Source: Candidatus Faecimonas gallistercoris (GTDB taxonomy: Bacteria; Bacillota_I; Bacilli_A; RF39; UBA660). Taken from it: DNA of 56,846 nt. The notes under the pieces were generated by a model. That model was not told where the DNA came from. It was given only the letters and a program-made list of their open reading frames with translations, and did no database searches. The position numbers were made by a program, and so were the translations under genes. Shown in pieces: positions 38,677-49,013 of the stretch; position 1 is the stretch's first letter; every line of letters begins with the position of its first letter. The stretch is taken from NCBI GenBank assembly GCA_018712565.1, contig DVGU01000030.1, forward strand, positions 1 through 56,846, written 5' to 3'.

Positions 38677-38757
38677 TTGCTATAAAATAAGTATGCATCG
38701 AATTAATGAAGAAAAATGTATAAAGTTATGTTATAATATGTGGCAGGTGAAGTATAA

Positions 38758-41571
38758 ATGGATAAAATTATTGTAAAAGGTGCAAGAGAAAATAACTTAA
38801 AAAATGTAAATATAGAAATACCAAAGAATAAATTAGTTGTCATGACTGGAGTATCAGGAAGTGGAAAAAGTAGTCTAGCATTCGATACGATTTATGCAGA
38901 AGGACAAAGAAGATATGTAGAAAGTCTATCTGCTTATGCAAGACAATTTTTAGGTGGAAGTGAGAAACCAGACGTCGATAGTATTGAGGGACTTTCTCCA
39001 GCAATTAGTATTGATCAAAAAACAACCAACAACAATCCCAGATCAACTGTAGGTACGGTAACAGAAATTTATGATTATCTAAGATTAATTTTTGCTAGGG
39101 TAGGAGTTCCTTATTGCCCAAACCATAATATTCCAATATCTAGTCAAAGTGTAGAGGAAATGACAAATAAGGTGTTAGAATATCCTCTAGGAACCAAGAT
39201 AATTATTATGGCACCGGTTGTTCATGGAGAAAAGGGAACCCAGAAAGATTTACTAGAACATCTTCGTAAAGAAGGATATATTCGAGTTCGTGTAGATGAT
39301 GAAATGGTAGACTTATCAGAAGAAATTATTCTTGATAAAAATAAAAAACACAAAATAGATGTTGTAATAGATCGTTTAATTATGAAAGAAGGAATAAGAT
39401 CTAGATTATTTGAAGCAATAGAGGCAGCAACAAAATTAGCAGAAGGAAAAGTAGTGATTCAAAGACTAGGAGAAAATAAAAAAGAAGTTGTTCTTTCAGA
39501 ATCATTTGCTTGTCCATATTGCGAATTTTCTCTACCTGAGTTAGAGCCAAGAATATTTAGTTTTAATGCTCCATACGGAGCTTGCCCAGATTGTAAAGGT
39601 CTAGGTATGAAATTACAAATTGATGAAGATTTAATTATTCCGGATACAAACAAATCCATTGCAGGAGGATGTATTAAAACTTTAACAGACGACTCAGAAG
39701 GTATTGATTATAAAAAGTTAGAATGTGTATGTAAGCATTATAAGATTGATATGACTAAACCATGGAAAAAACTAACGAAAAAACAAAGACAAATGATTCT
39801 ATATGGTTCAGATGAAATAATTCATTTTCAATATTCTTCTAAAAGTGGAAATAAATATAACAACAGAGATTTTTATGAAGGAATTATTAACAATTTAGAA
39901 AGAAGATATATGGAAACAAGTTCGTTATGGATTAGAGAATGGTTAGAACGCTATATGGTAGAACATACTTGTGAAACCTGTCATGGAGCAAGATTAAACG
40001 ACGATGTATTATCCGTAAAATTAAATGGAAAAAATATCTATGAAGTAACCAAGATGAGTATTAAAGAATTAATTCCGTTCTTTGATAATCTAAAACTTTC
40101 AGAAGAGAAAAAAGAAATTGCTAAATTAGTCATTAAAGAAGTACAAGATCGCCTTCACTTTTTAGCAAATGTAGGACTTGAATATCTAACATTAAGTAGA
40201 AGTGCAGGTACTCTATCCGGTGGAGAAGCCCAAAGAATTAGATTAGCAACTCAAATAGGTTCTCATTTAACAGGTGTATTATATGTTTTAGATGAACCAA
40301 GTATCGGACTACATCAAAGAGATAATGAAAAATTAATAAACTCGATGTTAGAAATGAGAGATTTAGGTAATACCCTAATTGTAGTAGAACATGATACTGA
40401 TACCATGTTAGCCTGTGATTATCTAGTAGATATTGGTCCAGGTGCAGGAGATCATGGTGGAGAAATAGTCGCAGCCGGAACACCAAAAGAAGTCATGAAT
40501 AATAAAAATAGCTTAACAGGTCAATATTTAAGTGGTAAAAAATGTATAGAAGTACCAAAACAAAGAAGAAAAGGAAACAAAAAGTTTTTAAAAATTAAAG
40601 GGGCTGAAGAACATAACTTAAAAAATATAGATGTAGATATTCCACTAGGTACTTTTACTTGTATAACAGGTGTATCAGGAAGTGGAAAAAGTAGTTTGAT
40701 TAATGAAATACTTTGTAAAGCAGTTGCCAATAAATTATATAACTCTAAAGAAAAACCAGGAAAATTCAAAAAAATATTAGGATTAGATAATATTGATAAA
40801 TTGGTAGCCATCTCTCAAAACCCAATTGGAAGAACTCCAAGATCAAACCCTGCCACTTATACAGGTGTTTTTGACGATATTCGTACGCTATTTACAACTA
40901 CCAAGGAAGCAAAAATGTATGGATTTGAAAAAAATCGTTTCTCTTTCAATGTTAAGGGAGGACGCTGTGAAGCTTGCCGAGGAGATGGTGTGAAAAAAAT
41001 TGAAATGCATTTCTTGCCAGACGTTTATGTACCATGTGAAGTATGTCATGGAACAAGGTATAATAGAGAAACATTAAACATAAAATATAAAGGAAAAAAT
41101 ATTGCCGAAGTATTAGACATGAGAGTATCAGAAGCATTAGAATTTTTCTCCAATGTGCCAAAAATAAAGAACAAGTTACAAGTATTAGAGGATGTAGGCC
41201 TAGGTTATATCAAATTAGGACAAAGTGCACCAACTCTTTCAGGAGGAGAAGCAGAACGTGTAAAATTAGCCAAGGAATTACAGAAAAAAGCGACAGGAAA
41301 AACACTATTTATTTTAGATGAACCAACAACAGGTTTACATACAGATGATATAAAACGCTTACTTGCAATTTTACAAAAAATAGTAGATAATAAAGATACT
41401 GTAGTTGTAATAGAACATAATCTTGATGTTATAAAAGTAGCAGACTATATTATTGATTTAGGCCCAGAAGGTGGAGATGAAGGTGGTCAAGTAGTAGCAA
41501 CCGGAACACCAGAAGAAGTAGCACAGGTCAAAAATTCTTATACTGGACAATTTTTAAAAAAGATATTATAA
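38758..41571 (+). CDS. uvrA: excinuclease ABC subunit A
   Basis: 937 aa. Two ABC modules (GVSGSGKSS twice, LSGGE twice) and Zn-finger Cys clusters. Confidence 0.98.
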   Translation: MDKIIVKGARENNLKNVNIEIPKNKLVVMTGVSGSGKSSLAFDTIYAEGQRRYVESLSAYARQFLGGSEKPDVDSIEGLSPAISIDQKTTNNNPRSTVGTVTEIYDYLRLIFARVGVPYCPNHNIPISSQSVEEMTNKVLEYPLGTKIIIMAPVVHGEKGTQKDLLEHLRKEGYIRVRVDDEMVDLSEEIILDKNKKHKIDVVIDRLIMKEGIRSRLFEAIEAATKLAEGKVVIQRLGENKKEVVLSESFACPYCEFSLPELEPRIFSFNAPYGACPDCKGLGMKLQIDEDLIIPDTNKSIAGGCIKTLTDDSEGIDYKKLECVCKHYKIDMTKPWKKLTKKQRQMILYGSDEIIHFQYSSKSGNKYNNRDFYEGIINNLERRYMETSSLWIREWLERYMVEHTCETCHGARLNDDVLSVKLNGKNIYEVTKMSIKELIPFFDNLKLSEEKKEIAKLVIKEVQDRLHFLANVGLEYLTLSRSAGTLSGGEAQRIRLATQIGSHLTGVLYVLDEPSIGLHQRDNEKLINSMLEMRDLGNTLIVVEHDTDTMLACDYLVDIGPGAGDHGGEIVAAGTPKEVMNNKNSLTGQYLSGKKCIEVPKQRRKGNKKFLKIKGAEEHNLKNIDVDIPLGTFTCITGVSGSGKSSLINEILCKAVANKLYNSKEKPGKFKKILGLDNIDKLVAISQNPIGRTPRSNPATYTGVFDDIRTLFTTTKEAKMYGFEKNRFSFNVKGGRCEACRGDGVKKIEMHFLPDVYVPCEVCHGTRYNRETLNIKYKGKNIAEVLDMRVSEALEFFSNVPKIKNKLQVLEDVGLGYIKLGQSAPTLSGGEAERVKLAKELQKKATGKTLFILDEPTTGLHTDDIKRLLAILQKIVDNKDTVVVIEHNLDVIKVADYIIDLGPEGGDEGGQVVATGTPEEVAQVKNSYTGQFLKKIL

Positions 41572-41599
41572 AAATTGAAAATAGTAAGGAAGAGTAAAA

Positions 41600-42379
41600 A
41601 TGGATAAAATAGCCTTAAAATTAGGACCAATTCAAATTTATTGGTATTCTATATTTATATTTATAGGAATGCTAGTAGCATGCTTTATAATTTATAAAGA
41701 AGCAAGAAAAAAAAGGATAAAGGAAGAATTTTTAGTAAATTTGACTTTTTACACCATAATTTTAGGAATCCTCGGTGCTAGAATTTATTATGTAATTTTT
41801 AATTTATCTTACTATTTAAAAAATCCACTAGAAATAATACAAATATGGAACGGTGGTTTAGCCATCCATGGTGGTATCATAGCAGGACTTATATTTATAA
41901 TATATTATTGCAAAAAGCATAATGTAAATATTTGGAAAATACTAGATATTATTGTAGTTGGTCTAATAATTGCCCAAGCCATAGGAAGATGGGGAAACTT
42001 TTTTAATCAAGAAGCCTATGGACCTATTACAAGCTTAGAACAGTTAAAACAATTAGGGATACCTAGATTTATCATTAACGGAATGTATATTTCTGGAACT
42101 TATCACCATCCTACATTCTTTTATGAATCACTATGGTGTTTAATTGGCTTTATGATTATGTTAGTAATTAGAAGATATAAAAAGTTAAAATTTAGTCAAT
42201 TAACAAGTTTCTATTTAATTTGGTATGGAATTATTCGTTTTATAATAGAATCCTTGCGAACGGACTCTTTAATGTTAGGTACAATTAAAGTTGCCCAGTT
42301 GGTATCAGTTGTTTTTATCATAGCAGGAATATTTATTTTAATAAAAAGTAAACAAAAAAAATTATATAGTACAAAATAA
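41600..42379 (+). CDS. lgt: prolipoprotein diacylglyceryl transferase
   Basis: GRWGNFFNQEAYG signature, polytopic, 259 aa. Confidence 0.9.
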   Translation: MDKIALKLGPIQIYWYSIFIFIGMLVACFIIYKEARKKRIKEEFLVNLTFYTIILGILGARIYYVIFNLSYYLKNPLEIIQIWNGGLAIHGGIIAGLIFIIYYCKKHNVNIWKILDIIVVGLIIAQAIGRWGNFFNQEAYGPITSLEQLKQLGIPRFIINGMYISGTYHHPTFFYESLWCLIGFMIMLVIRRYKKLKFSQLTSFYLIWYGIIRFIIESLRTDSLMLGTIKVAQLVSVVFIIAGIFILIKSKQKKLYSTK

Positions 42380-42391
42380 GGAGGCAGAAGA

Positions 42392-43345
42392 ATGTATAAA
42401 AAAGTTGTAGTCTTTGGTGGTGGAACAGGAATTTCGTACTTATTAAAAGGATTAAAAAACTTTCCAGTAGATATCACAGCAGTAATAACGGTATCAGATA
42501 ATGGAAGATCAACTGGAAAATTAAGAAAAGAATTTAACACTCCTGCAGTAGGAGATATTAGAAAAGTGATTACTGCTTTATCAGAAATAGATGAACCTAT
42601 AAAAAAAATGGTAGAGTATAGATTTCACACCTCAAGTGATTTAGATGGTCATGCCATGGGAAATTTAATTTTAACTTCTATGTTAGATATTACAGGATCA
42701 CTAAAAGAAGCCATCGCATCATTAAGCAAATTATTTGATGTAAAGCACACAGTTTTACCTATTTCTGAAGATTCATCACTAACGTTAATGGCCAAGGATA
42801 AAAGTGGGCATATTATTGAAGGAGAAGAACAAATTACTAAAGCACATCATAAAATAGAAAAAATCTATTATAAAGAAGAACCTAAAGTATTACCAGAAGT
42901 AGTCACTGCCATAAAACAAGCTGATCTAGTCATTTTTAGTATGGGTAGTTTATATACTAGTATTTTGCCAAATATAATTTGTAATGAAGTAAAAAGTGCT
43001 CTAAAAGAAACCAAGGCACCAATTATGTATTTATGTAATGCAGTGACTCAGCCTGGAGAAACCGATAACTATACAGTAAGTGATCATATAAAACTATTAA
43101 ATAGATATCTAGATTTTAGAAAAATAGATGTAGTCATTGCCAGTAATACAAAAATAGATAAAAAAATAGCTAGAAAATACGCAACAGACGAACAAAAAGA
43201 TCCTGTTAAAATAGATTATGCAGTAATAGAAAAATTACAAACAGAATTAATTGAAGATGATTTAATAACAATTGAAGATAATACCCTAAGACATAATAGT
43301 TTAAAACTAAGTACTTTAATTTTTAATTATTTAATGAGGAATTAA
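42392..43345 (+). CDS. yvcK: gluconeogenesis factor YvcK (CofD-like, UPF0052)
   Basis: VVVFGGGTGISYLLKGLK N-terminus. Directly upstream of whiA, as in Bacillus. Confidence 0.85.
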   Translation: MYKKVVVFGGGTGISYLLKGLKNFPVDITAVITVSDNGRSTGKLRKEFNTPAVGDIRKVITALSEIDEPIKKMVEYRFHTSSDLDGHAMGNLILTSMLDITGSLKEAIASLSKLFDVKHTVLPISEDSSLTLMAKDKSGHIIEGEEQITKAHHKIEKIYYKEEPKVLPEVVTAIKQADLVIFSMGSLYTSILPNIICNEVKSALKETKAPIMYLCNAVTQPGETDNYTVSDHIKLLNRYLDFRKIDVVIASNTKIDKKIARKYATDEQKDPVKIDYAVIEKLQTELIEDDLITIEDNTLRHNSLKLSTLIFNYLMRN

Positions 43346-43346
43346 C

Positions 43347-44306
43347 ATGTCATATACAACAAAAATAAAAGAAGAAATTTCTAAAGATATAGGAACAAAA
43401 TCAGAAATGCTAGCTGAGTTATCAGGCTATATTAGAAATAACGGACATAATACTCCACGTGGCTTTCAACTAACTACCGAAAACCCTTTAATTTGTGAAC
43501 GAATTGAAAAACAAATAGAAGCACTATATGAAATTAAAATAAAAAAAGAAGTAAAAGATAGTCTAAATTTTAGTAAAAAGGATTTACTTGTTTTAACAAT
43601 TGATAATAAAAAAGATTTTATTTTAGAAGATTTAGGATATCAAGATAATAATCGAAAATATTTAGATAAACCACCTCAATACATTGTAGGTGCAAACGAA
43701 GAAATCAGAGCTTATTTAAAAGGTGTATTTCTAAGTTCGGGAAGTATTAATGATCCAAAGACCTCAAGATATCATATGGAATTACTAATAGAAAAATCAG
43801 GAGAAGCGGTATTCGTTCAAAAATTATTAAATTTATTTGATTTAAACGTAAAGATATTAACACGAGATAAAGGGTATATGTTATATATTAAAGAAGCTGA
43901 TAAAATAAGTGACTATTTAAAAATAATAAGAGCAAATAATGCTGTACTTTATTTTGAAAATCAAAGAATTTATAGAAATAAAAAAAATCAGGCGAATAGA
44001 TTAAACAATTGTGAACAAGCAAACATGGATAAAGTAGTAGCAACAGCAACAGCACAACTTGATAATATAGCAATTATAGAAAATAATTTAGCGTTGTCGC
44101 TTTTAGATGAAAAAACGAAAGAGGCTTTAGAATATCGCAAAAAATATCCAGAAGCTTCTCTAAAAGAATTAAGTGAAATCATCTCATTAGAAACAGGAAA
44201 ACCAATTACAAAATCAGGACTAAATCATAGATTTCGAAAAATTAAAGAACTAGCTACTAAATTTAAAAAACTAAATAAAAAAAGTCATGAAACTAATGAT
44301 TCTTAG
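43347..44306 (+). CDS. whiA: DNA-binding protein WhiA
   Basis: SYTTKIKEEIS... degenerate LAGLIDADG region plus a C-terminal HTH (SKSGLNHRFRKI). Confidence 0.85.
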   Translation: MSYTTKIKEEISKDIGTKSEMLAELSGYIRNNGHNTPRGFQLTTENPLICERIEKQIEALYEIKIKKEVKDSLNFSKKDLLVLTIDNKKDFILEDLGYQDNNRKYLDKPPQYIVGANEEIRAYLKGVFLSSGSINDPKTSRYHMELLIEKSGEAVFVQKLLNLFDLNVKILTRDKGYMLYIKEADKISDYLKIIRANNAVLYFENQRIYRNKKNQANRLNNCEQANMDKVVATATAQLDNIAIIENNLALSLLDEKTKEALEYRKKYPEASLKELSEIISLETGKPITKSGLNHRFRKIKELATKFKKLNKKSHETNDS

Positions 44307-44320
44307 GAATTCATGACTTT
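44281..44320. terminator. bidirectional terminator shared by whiA and clpP
   Basis: AAAGTCATGAA / TTCATGACTTT 11-nt perfect inverted repeat overlapping both 3' ends. Confidence 0.6.
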
Positions 44321-44895
44321 TATTTTTTAATAATCTTATCAATAATACCATATTCTAAAGCTTCTTTCGCATCCAAATAATAATCTCTTTCTGTATCTTT
44401 TTCTATTCTACGAATGGATTGTTTTGTATTTTTAGCGAGTATCTTATTTAAACGTTTACGCAGTAGCAAAATTCTATCAGAAACAATTTTGATATCAGTA
44501 GCTTGACCTTCCGCCCCTCCTAATGGTTGATGAATCATGATATCAGAATTAGGCAAAGCATATCGTTTTCCAATCGTTCCACTAGAAAGCAAAAATGCTC
44601 CCATACTAGCTGCAATACCAACACAAATAGTAGAAACATCACTAGAGATAAATTGCATCGTATCATAAATTGCAAAACCTGACGAAACACTGCCCCCAGG
44701 AGAATTAATATAAATACAAATATCGTCATGATTAATAGAATCTAAATATAATAGTGATGCAATCACATTATTTGCTAAGACATCATTAATCTCTCCACTA
44801 ATAAAAATAATTCTCTCTTTTAATAATCTCGAAAAAATATCATAACTTCTTTCTCCATCAAATTCTTTTTCAATAACAACAGGAACTAAACTCAT
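44320..44895 (-). CDS. clpP: ATP-dependent Clp protease proteolytic subunit
   Basis: Catalytic triad context GIAASMG, MIHQP, DTERD. 191 aa. Confidence 0.95.
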   Translation of the reverse strand: MSLVPVVIEKEFDGERSYDIFSRLLKERIIFISGEINDVLANNVIASLLYLDSINHDDICIYINSPGGSVSSGFAIYDTMQFISSDVSTICVGIAASMGAFLLSSGTIGKRYALPNSDIMIHQPLGGAEGQATDIKIVSDRILLLRKRLNKILAKNTKQSIRRIEKDTERDYYLDAKEALEYGIIDKIIKK

Positions 44896-45001
44896 AAATT
44901 TATCACCTATGATTAGTATAAGTGTAAAGAAAACAAATTATGCATATTCTAAAACGACAAAGTATGATACAATAAATAAAGAAAATAAAAGGGGTGATAA
45001 G

Positions 45002-46657
45002 ATGATTGAAACAATCGAGGTTAAAATAAAAAATAAAAAATATCAACTAAGTAAAGGAATGACTTTAGAAGAAATATCAAAAGAATTTCAAAAAGAATAT
45101 AAATATCCCATTCTTTTAGCAAAAGTAAATAATAAATTAGAAGAGTTAACAAGCACTGTAAATGATAATGCAACAATTACATTTTATGATCTAACAACAA
45201 GAGAAGGAAATAGAACTCATATTAGTGGTCTTACTTATGTTTTACTATATGCTGTAAAGAAACTATTTGGTGAAACTGCTAATATTACAGTTCAACATTC
45301 CTTAGATAAAGGAATTTATATAGAAACAAATTTTAAATTAACAGAAAATCGAATAAAAAATATAAAAGAAGCAATGAAAAAAGTGATAGAAGCCGATATG
45401 CCAATAACAAAAAGTACTGTAGATAGACAAGAAGCAATTAAATATTTTGAAAGTAAACAGGATTTGACTAAAGCTAAGGTAATGACTTACATTACTAGTG
45501 ATTATATAACTTTATATCGATTAGGAAACTATTATAATTATTTTTATAACCTAATGCCTTCATCTACAGAAAAAGTAAAAGACTTTAATTTAACTTACAT
45601 CAAAGAAAATGGTTTTGTACTACGTTTTCCAACTGTTTATCAACCAGAAAAGATACCTCCATACAAACATCATCCACATATGTTTGAAGTCTTCCAAGAA
45701 TGCCGTGAATGGGCCAAAATTATTGGAGTAGAAAATTCAGTAGACTTAAATAAAGTGGTATCTTTAGGAAAGATAAACGATTTAATCAGAATAGATGAAA
45801 CTCTGCAAAGTAATAGATTATTAACCTTAGCAAGAGAAATTAATAAAAAGAAAAAAGAACTAAAGATAGTATTAATAGCAGGACCATCCTCATCAGGAAA
45901 AACAACAACATCCAAGAAATTATGCATGTATTTAGAAAGTTTTGGGTTATATCCAAAAGTATTATCTATGGATGATTACTTTGTAGAAAGAGAAAATACA
46001 CCACTAGATAGTGAAGGAAAACCAGACTATGAATGTCTAGAAGCAATAGATATGAAATTATTTGATAAACAAGTAGAAGAACTCTTACAAGGAAAAACAG
46101 TAAAAGTTCCGACTTATAGTTTTCCTCTAGGAAAAAAAGAATACAAACATGAGATAACTTTAAATGAAAAAGAGATATTAGTAATTGAAGGAATTCATGC
46201 GTTAGACTCTAAAATATTAACTAATATTCCTAGAAATAAAAAATATAAAATATATATATCTGCTTTAACAGAATTAAATTTAGATGACCATAACCGTCTT
46301 TCAACTACTGATAATCGAATATTAAGAAGAATTATTCGAGATAATAGAACGAGAAATAATGATGTAGAATATACATTAAAAACATGGGACAGTGTAAGAA
46401 GAGGAGAAGAAAAATATATTTTTCCTTATCAAGACGATGCAGATTTTACATTTAATTCAGCCCTAATTTATGAAATAGGTGTATTAAAAACATATGTAGA
46501 ACCTTTATTATATTCAGTTTCTCAAGATTCTCCATATTATGAAGAAGCCAAAAGACTAATAAATTTTCTACGGTTATTTTTACCAATTCCATCAGATGTA
46601 ATACCACAAGATTCTATTTTAAGAGAATTTATTGGAGGAAGCTGCTTTCATGAATAA
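45002..46657 (+). CDS. nucleoside (uridine/cytidine-type) kinase family protein with a TGS-like N-terminal extension
   Basis: P-loop GPSSSGKTTT in the C-terminal half. ATG 45002 follows an AGGGGTGA SD. The track start at 44909 would overlap the clpP promoter region. Confidence 0.6.
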   Translation: MIETIEVKIKNKKYQLSKGMTLEEISKEFQKEYKYPILLAKVNNKLEELTSTVNDNATITFYDLTTREGNRTHISGLTYVLLYAVKKLFGETANITVQHSLDKGIYIETNFKLTENRIKNIKEAMKKVIEADMPITKSTVDRQEAIKYFESKQDLTKAKVMTYITSDYITLYRLGNYYNYFYNLMPSSTEKVKDFNLTYIKENGFVLRFPTVYQPEKIPPYKHHPHMFEVFQECREWAKIIGVENSVDLNKVVSLGKINDLIRIDETLQSNRLLTLAREINKKKKELKIVLIAGPSSSGKTTTSKKLCMYLESFGLYPKVLSMDDYFVERENTPLDSEGKPDYECLEAIDMKLFDKQVEELLQGKTVKVPTYSFPLGKKEYKHEITLNEKEILVIEGIHALDSKILTNIPRNKKYKIYISALTELNLDDHNRLSTTDNRILRRIIRDNRTRNNDVEYTLKTWDSVRRGEEKYIFPYQDDADFTFNSALIYEIGVLKTYVEPLLYSVSQDSPYYEEAKRLINFLRLFLPIPSDVIPQDSILREFIGGSCFHE

Positions 46658-46707
46658 AGCAAAAGTCATCTATGACGACAAAAAAGTGTAAAAAAACAAG
46701 TAATATA

Positions 46708-46736
46708 TTGAAAGTAAAAATAGAAAACTATATAAT
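46708..46736 (+). promoter_or_regulatory. sigma-A promoter of the gap operon
   Basis: TTGAAA, 17-nt spacer, TATAAT. Confidence 0.55.
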
Positions 46737-46758
46737 GAAAATAAAGGAGGAATAATAA

Positions 46759-47763
46759 ATGGTAAAAGTTGCTATTAATGGATTCGGAAGAATTGGAAGA
46801 CTAGCATTTCGTTTAATGGAAGAAGATCCAGATTTTGAAGTGGTTGCAATTAATGACTTAACGGATGCTGAACAATTAGCATATTTATTAAAGTATGATA
46901 CAAATCATAGAAATTATCGCATTGATGAAATTCATAGTGAAGAAGACTACATTGTAATAGGAGATAGGAAAATAAAAGTCTATGCTCAAACAGATCCATC
47001 AAATCTTCCATGGAAAGATTTAGATATTGATGTTGTATTAGAATGTACAGGTAGATTTACTTCAGAAGAAAAAGCTATGGCTCATATCAATGCTGGAGCA
47101 AAAAAAGTAATTATCTCTGCTCCTGCAAAAGGAGATATGAAAACAATTGTTTATAATGTTAATCACAGAATTTTAACAGGGGATGAAAAAATAATCTCTG
47201 CTGCTAGTTGTACTACAAACTGTCTAGCACCAGTAGTAGATGTCTTAGATAAGGCATTTGGTATTGTAAAAGGATATATGACAACAGTACATGCCTACAC
47301 TAACGATCAAGCAACCCTAGATGTACCTCATAAAAAAGGAATCAAAGCACGACGTGGTAGAGCTTGTGCTGCTAATATCGTCCCAGCATCAACTGGAGCA
47401 GCAGCAGCTATTGGAAAGGTATGTCCTAACCTAGATGGAAAACTAGATGGAGCAGCAATGCGTGTCCCTGTACCAACAGGATCAGTTGTAGATTTAGTAC
47501 TTGAATTTAATAAAAATACAACACCTGAAGAAATTAATAAAGTATTAAAAGATGCTCAAAATGAGACATTACAATATACAGATGATCCAATTGTATCTAG
47601 TGATGTCATTGGTAGAACTTGCGGATCATTAGTAGATGGATTATCAACTAGCGTACTAGAAGTAGAAGGAAAACAATTAGTAAGAGTTGTTTCATGGTAC
47701 GATAATGAAATGAGCTATACTGCTCAAATGGTAAGAACAGCAAAGTATTTAATGGAACAATAA
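46759..47763 (+). CDS. gap: glyceraldehyde-3-phosphate dehydrogenase
   Basis: INGFGRIGR, SCTTNCLAP active site, WYDNE. Confidence 0.97.
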   Translation: MVKVAINGFGRIGRLAFRLMEEDPDFEVVAINDLTDAEQLAYLLKYDTNHRNYRIDEIHSEEDYIVIGDRKIKVYAQTDPSNLPWKDLDIDVVLECTGRFTSEEKAMAHINAGAKKVIISAPAKGDMKTIVYNVNHRILTGDEKIISAASCTTNCLAPVVDVLDKAFGIVKGYMTTVHAYTNDQATLDVPHKKGIKARRGRACAANIVPASTGAAAAIGKVCPNLDGKLDGAAMRVPVPTGSVVDLVLEFNKNTTPEEINKVLKDAQNETLQYTDDPIVSSDVIGRTCGSLVDGLSTSVLEVEGKQLVRVVSWYDNEMSYTAQMVRTAKYLMEQ

Positions 47764-47765
47764 TC

Positions 47766-47792
47766 AAAAAAGAAGAAAGTCTTCTTTTTTTT
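47766..47792 (+). terminator. intrinsic terminator/attenuator between gap and pgk
   Basis: AAAGAAG / CTTCTTT stem, followed by a long T-run. Confidence 0.5.
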
Positions 47793-47838
47793 CGTTAAAA
47801 AAAATGCTATACTGGACATAGATAGGAGAAGATAACTA

Positions 47839-49011
47839 ATGAAAACAATAAAACAAATGAATTTAGAAAATAAAAAAACATTAATTCGTTGTGATTTTAA
47901 TGTACCAATGAAAGATGGAAAAATTATAGATGATACAAGAATAACAGCAGCTATACCAACCATTAAATATGCAATAGATAATAATGCTAAAGTAATTCTA
48001 TTTTCCCATTTAGGAAGAATAAAAGAAGCATCCGATTTAGAAAAAAACAATTTAGCACCAGTTGCTAAAAGGTTAGAAGAATTATTAGGACAACCTGTAA
48101 CATTTATCGAAAAAACTCGTGGAGAAGAATTAGAAAGTGCTATAAAACATATGAAAAGTAAAGACATTATTTTAGTTCAAAATACAAGATATGAAGATTT
48201 AGATGGAAAAAAAGAAAGTAAAAATGATAAAGACTTAGGAGCCTACTGGGCATCGTTAGGTGATATATTTGTAAATGATGCTTTCGGTACTATTCATAGA
48301 GCACACGCATCAAACGTAGGGATTGCCTCTCATTTACAATCATGTATCGGATTTTTAATTGAAAAAGAACTAAACGCTCTAAAAGAATTAGATAATCCAA
48401 AACATCCATTTATTGTTGTATTAGGAGGAGCAAAAGTCAGTGATAAAATAGGAGTAATAGAAAACCTTGTTAAAAAAGCGGATAAAATTTTAATTGGCGG
48501 AGGAATGGCCTTTACTTTCCTAAAATCAGAAGGTTATGAGATTGGAAATTCTTTATTAGATGAAGAGAATATAGACTTTTGTAAAAAGATTATTAAAGAA
48601 TACCCAGAAAAAATTATTTTACCAATAGATGTAGCAGTAACAACAGAATATAGTGAAAAAGAAGAGTATAAAACTAAGGATATAACAGAGTTAGAATATA
48701 ATGAAATGGGATTAGACATTGGACCCAGAACAGAAGAGTTATTTAAAAGCTATTTAAAAGATGCTAAAATAGCAGTATGGAATGGTCCATTAGGTGTATA
48801 TGAATTTGAAAAGTATAAGCAAGGAACAAACCATATTTTACAATTTGTAACAGAAAATAATATTAAAATAATCTTAGGTGGAGGAGATATAGTTGCAGCA
48901 GCCTCAACAGCAGGTTATAAAGATAAAGTATATCATGCTTCAACTGGTGGAGGAGCAACGCTAGAATATCTTGAAGGAAAACCTCTTCCCGGATTGGAAG
49001 CAATTAAGTAA
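47839..49011 (+). CDS. pgk: phosphoglycerate kinase
   Basis: RCDFNVP, FSHLGR, STGGGA motifs. 390 aa. Confidence 0.97.
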   Translation: MKTIKQMNLENKKTLIRCDFNVPMKDGKIIDDTRITAAIPTIKYAIDNNAKVILFSHLGRIKEASDLEKNNLAPVAKRLEELLGQPVTFIEKTRGEELESAIKHMKSKDIILVQNTRYEDLDGKKESKNDKDLGAYWASLGDIFVNDAFGTIHRAHASNVGIASHLQSCIGFLIEKELNALKELDNPKHPFIVVLGGAKVSDKIGVIENLVKKADKILIGGGMAFTFLKSEGYEIGNSLLDEENIDFCKKIIKEYPEKIILPIDVAVTTEYSEKEEYKTKDITELEYNEMGLDIGPRTEELFKSYLKDAKIAVWNGPLGVYEFEKYKQGTNHILQFVTENNIKIILGGGDIVAAASTAGYKDKVYHASTGGGATLEYLEGKPLPGLEAIK

Positions 49012-49013
49012 AG

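Noticed and set aside
44896-45001. CtsR operator (GGTCAAA direct repeat) upstream of clpP
   Set aside because: No GGTCAAA heptad was found on either strand of the clpP upstream region.
47724-48167. 147-aa minus-strand ORF antisense to pgk; similar antisense ORFs occur at 42211-42540, 51527-51892, 30893-31231, 40521-40811 and 10407-10613
   Set aside because: All lie inside strongly supported sense genes, lack SD sequences and have mirror-image low-complexity composition. They are treated as spurious.
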